Positions 37,057-64,000 of a DNA stretch of 64,000 nt are shown here, one piece after another. Source of the DNA: Podarcis filfolensis (Eukaryota); NCBI GenBank assembly GCA_964270895.1, contig OZ185449.1; one strand, given 5' to 3'. Numbering within the stretch: position 1 is the stretch's first letter; every line of letters begins with the position of its first letter. The notes below the pieces were generated by a model. It did not search any database and had not been told where the DNA came from. It worked only from the letters and a program-made list of their open reading frames with translations. The position numbers and the translations under genes are program-made.

Positions 37057-38678
37057 GTAGAAATTTTCTGAAATAATAGGGATTGTTAGGAATGCGATGG
37101 AACATAAAATGGCCAGTATTGTATTTCTATTATATAAATCTATGGTATAGCCCAGTGGTGGCGAACCTATGGCACATGTGCCAGAGCGGGCACTCAGAGC
37201 CCTCTCTGCGGGCACGCGCACCATCGCCCCAGCACAGAGCCGGCAGAAGGCGAGGGCAGTGCGTTGAGTTGTCAAGTGAGTAGAAGCACCTCGGATGGGG
37301 TGCCAGGGTATGTGTGCGCAAAACGGAGCCATAACCTCCAGGGCACGCGGTTTCCCTTGGGGAGCCTCTGCTGGGGGGTGGGACGCAGCTCTGTGCACGC
37401 GCTCAGAAGTGCGCTGACGTGTTGGTGGGCTGCAGAGAGTTCCGAGCAGCCGCCTTTCTCCTGCTGCTGTGAGGTTGAGGCTTTACACACCCTCTGGCCA
37501 GGGCCAATAGGAGCGGAGTCAGAAGTGGAGTGGATGCTTCGTGCTCCCCAGCTGAGCTGCCTGCTCCCACTCCTACTTGTGTGCAAGCAGGAGCAGGGTG
37601 GAGATCTCTCATCTGGGAAGCACGAAGCCTCCACTTCTGAGAGATCCCCTAGGAGCGGGAGCGGGCAGCTCAGCTGAGGAGCACCTGGCTGCCTGCAGGG
37701 GCTGCCTGCAGGCCAACCTCATCAACTATTCAGGTTGGCTGCCTTCACAGGGTTGCAGGGGATCTGATGCATAGGTGGGGGCTCCTTTAAACTTCTCCCT
37801 TGAGGGGAGTGCAGCCGCGAATGTGATGTAGCCTGCACCTCCCCAGCTGAGCAGCCCCGATCCAGCTCAGAGCAGCCCAATCCCACTCCTACCTGCCTGC
37901 TCAGTTGCTGCCCCAGCCCAGCCTTCCCTCACTCAGCGCCTCCGGAGCTGGAAGAGGGGGTGGTTGCTGTTGTGGCTGTGATGGCGGAGGGACAAAGTGC
38001 TGGAGGGCAGCAGGTGCCTGCTCGCTTGCCGCCCAGCCCGCCTTTCCTCATTCTGAAAACGGAAGTGTGGCACTCAAAATGGAAGTTATACTCAGAACAG
38101 AGCACGTTCTACTTCTGAAAAAGTTCGAAAACCAGAACACTCATTTCTGGGTTTGAAGTGTTCGGGTTCCAAGTAGTTCGAGAACTAAGCCGTTCAAAAA
38201 CTGAGATACCACTTTATTACTCCACATGGATGTGCCAACTTCCCCTTCTAAACTAAAACCTCAGTATTCAGGTTAAATTGCATTGTTGGCGCTTTGCGAT
38301 AAATAAGTGGGTTTTGGGTTGCAGTTTGGGCACTCGGTGTCTGAAAGGTTCTCCATCACTGATATAGCCACATTTGGAATTCTCTGTATAGTTCTGATCA
38401 TCTGCCTATAATAAGGTATTACAGAGCTGGAAAAGTCTGGGAAAAGGTAAACCAAAATGTTCAAGGGATTCAATGTTCAAGTAGAAATTTTCTCAAATAA
38501 TAGGGATTGTTAGGAATGTGATTGAACATAAAATGGCCAGTATCGCATTGCCATTATATAAATCTATAGTATAGCCACATTTGAAATTCTCTGTATGGTT
38601 CTGATCATTCTGCCTGTAACAAGGTATTACAGAGCTGGAAAAGACTGGGAAAAGGTAAACCAAAATGTTCTAGGGATT
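37057..38678 (+). repeat. About 200 bp tandem duplication; copy 1 split by the hAT element
   Basis: 37057-37152 plus 38370-38470 aligns with 38481-38678. Confidence 0.92.
37153..38361. mobile_element. Non-autonomous hAT transposon (1209 bp)
   Basis: 16 bp TIRs CAGTGGTGGCGAACCT / rc CAGTGATGGAGAACCT; 8 bp TSD GTATAGCC / ATATAGCC; no transposase ORF; a Tigger-like terminal relic is nested at about 38090-38214. Confidence 0.9.
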
Positions 38679-39370
38679 GGAGTACCTTCATAGGAGTGAA
38701 ATGATTGATACATATAAAGTATGAATGGTGTTGAGAAACTGGATGAGTGAGATAATTTTCTCTCTCATAATACAGAATTCAGGGCTACTTGTTGAAATGC
38801 ATAAACATTAATAAACTTGGGGGAAACAGAAGAAAGTTCTTATCTAAGGGCACAGTTAATCTGAAATTTGCTACTACAAGATGTAATAACTTACATGGAC
38901 TTCTTACATGATCTTAAAGGGAGACTAGACAAATTTGTACGTCTCTCACTGACTGTTAACTATGAGAGAACTAAATGGAACTTTCATGTTGGAATATGAT
39001 TTTCTCCTTAAAAGCTATTGTTTGCGGGGAAAACAGTAGGGAAGATTGCAGTTAGCCTTCTCTGTTTCTTGAAGTATCTCGTTGATTTTTTATGAAAACA
39101 GGATGCTAGATCCAGTGAACCTTTGATCTGTTCTGTTCTCGAAGGCATTTATATTCCCAGGAGCACAGTGAGACAATTCTGAGATTGATATTTCATGTGC
39201 ATATATACTAATCCCAAGTATATCTTGCTTCTTGAAAAAAAGTTAAAACTTTTATTTATTTTATCTTTGGGGGCTATTTTTAAAGAAGCAACAATATATA
39301 TTTGATGAGAGCAACTAAAACCACAAGCTGCTATGTAAATTGAGTTAACCTTTTGTTTGTTTTTTAACAG

Positions 39371-39481
39371 GTATAGGCTACTGCAACAAGAGAATAAAGT
39401 GATAAACAATTACTTTTGCAAACTACAGCTGCTTTTTGAATGCATTTTTAATACAGTAGTGCTCCAGAAGATGATAAAGAA
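39371..39481 (+). other. STAG2: STAG2 5' UTR part of the first coding exon
   Basis: Long polypyrimidine tract, tttttaacAG|GTATAGG, continuous with the ATG at 39482. Confidence 0.7.
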
Positions 39482-63992
<24,511 letters not shown>

Positions 63993-64000
63993 TAAGTGAT

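Noticed and set aside
37083-38156. ORFs inside the hAT element as transposase
   Set aside because: They have no hAT transposase features (BED finger, DDE core, dimerisation motif) and are GC-rich chance ORFs.
39393-39398. AATAAA in the STAG2 5' UTR exon as a premature poly(A) site
   Set aside because: This is a common hexamer in AT-rich DNA, and it lies just upstream of a strong donor where U1 would suppress cleavage; there is no other support.

Overview
This is vertebrate (squamate, most likely lacertid lizard) genomic DNA, not a prokaryotic locus. The lineage call is an inference from the Sauria/Squam1 SINE variant and the Bov-B, L2 and CR1 content. The + strand carries the last three coding exons and 3' UTR of XIAP (UBA and RING domains, stop at 3407). 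A CpG-island promoter follows (about 13.8-17.7 kb) with several candidate non-coding first exons, then a roughly 24 kb first intron. After that come the first 22 coding exons of the cohesin subunit STAG2 (39482-63956), which splice into an uninterrupted 2355 nt / 785 codon frame that runs off the right edge. The rest is intronic or intergenic DNA rich in SINEs, LINE fragments (L2, CR1, Bov-B) and non-autonomous DNA transposons (Tc2-like, Tigger-like, hAT). I found no evidence of a new multi-gene system, CRISPR array or functional RNA gene. The most interesting signals are: (1) a Tc2-like element whose interior is a chain of GC-rich hairpins, including a 5 x 106 bp array; (2) a hAT insertion with its own empty-site paralogue next to it; (3) a near-consensus CTCF motif in the STAG2 promoter; (4) a uORF whose stop overlaps the STAG2 start codon; (5) a GC-AG intron and several in-frame alternative splice sites in STAG2. 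Exon coordinates were counted by hand and checked for frame; repeat boundaries without TSDs are approximate. Family names come from memory, not from a database search.
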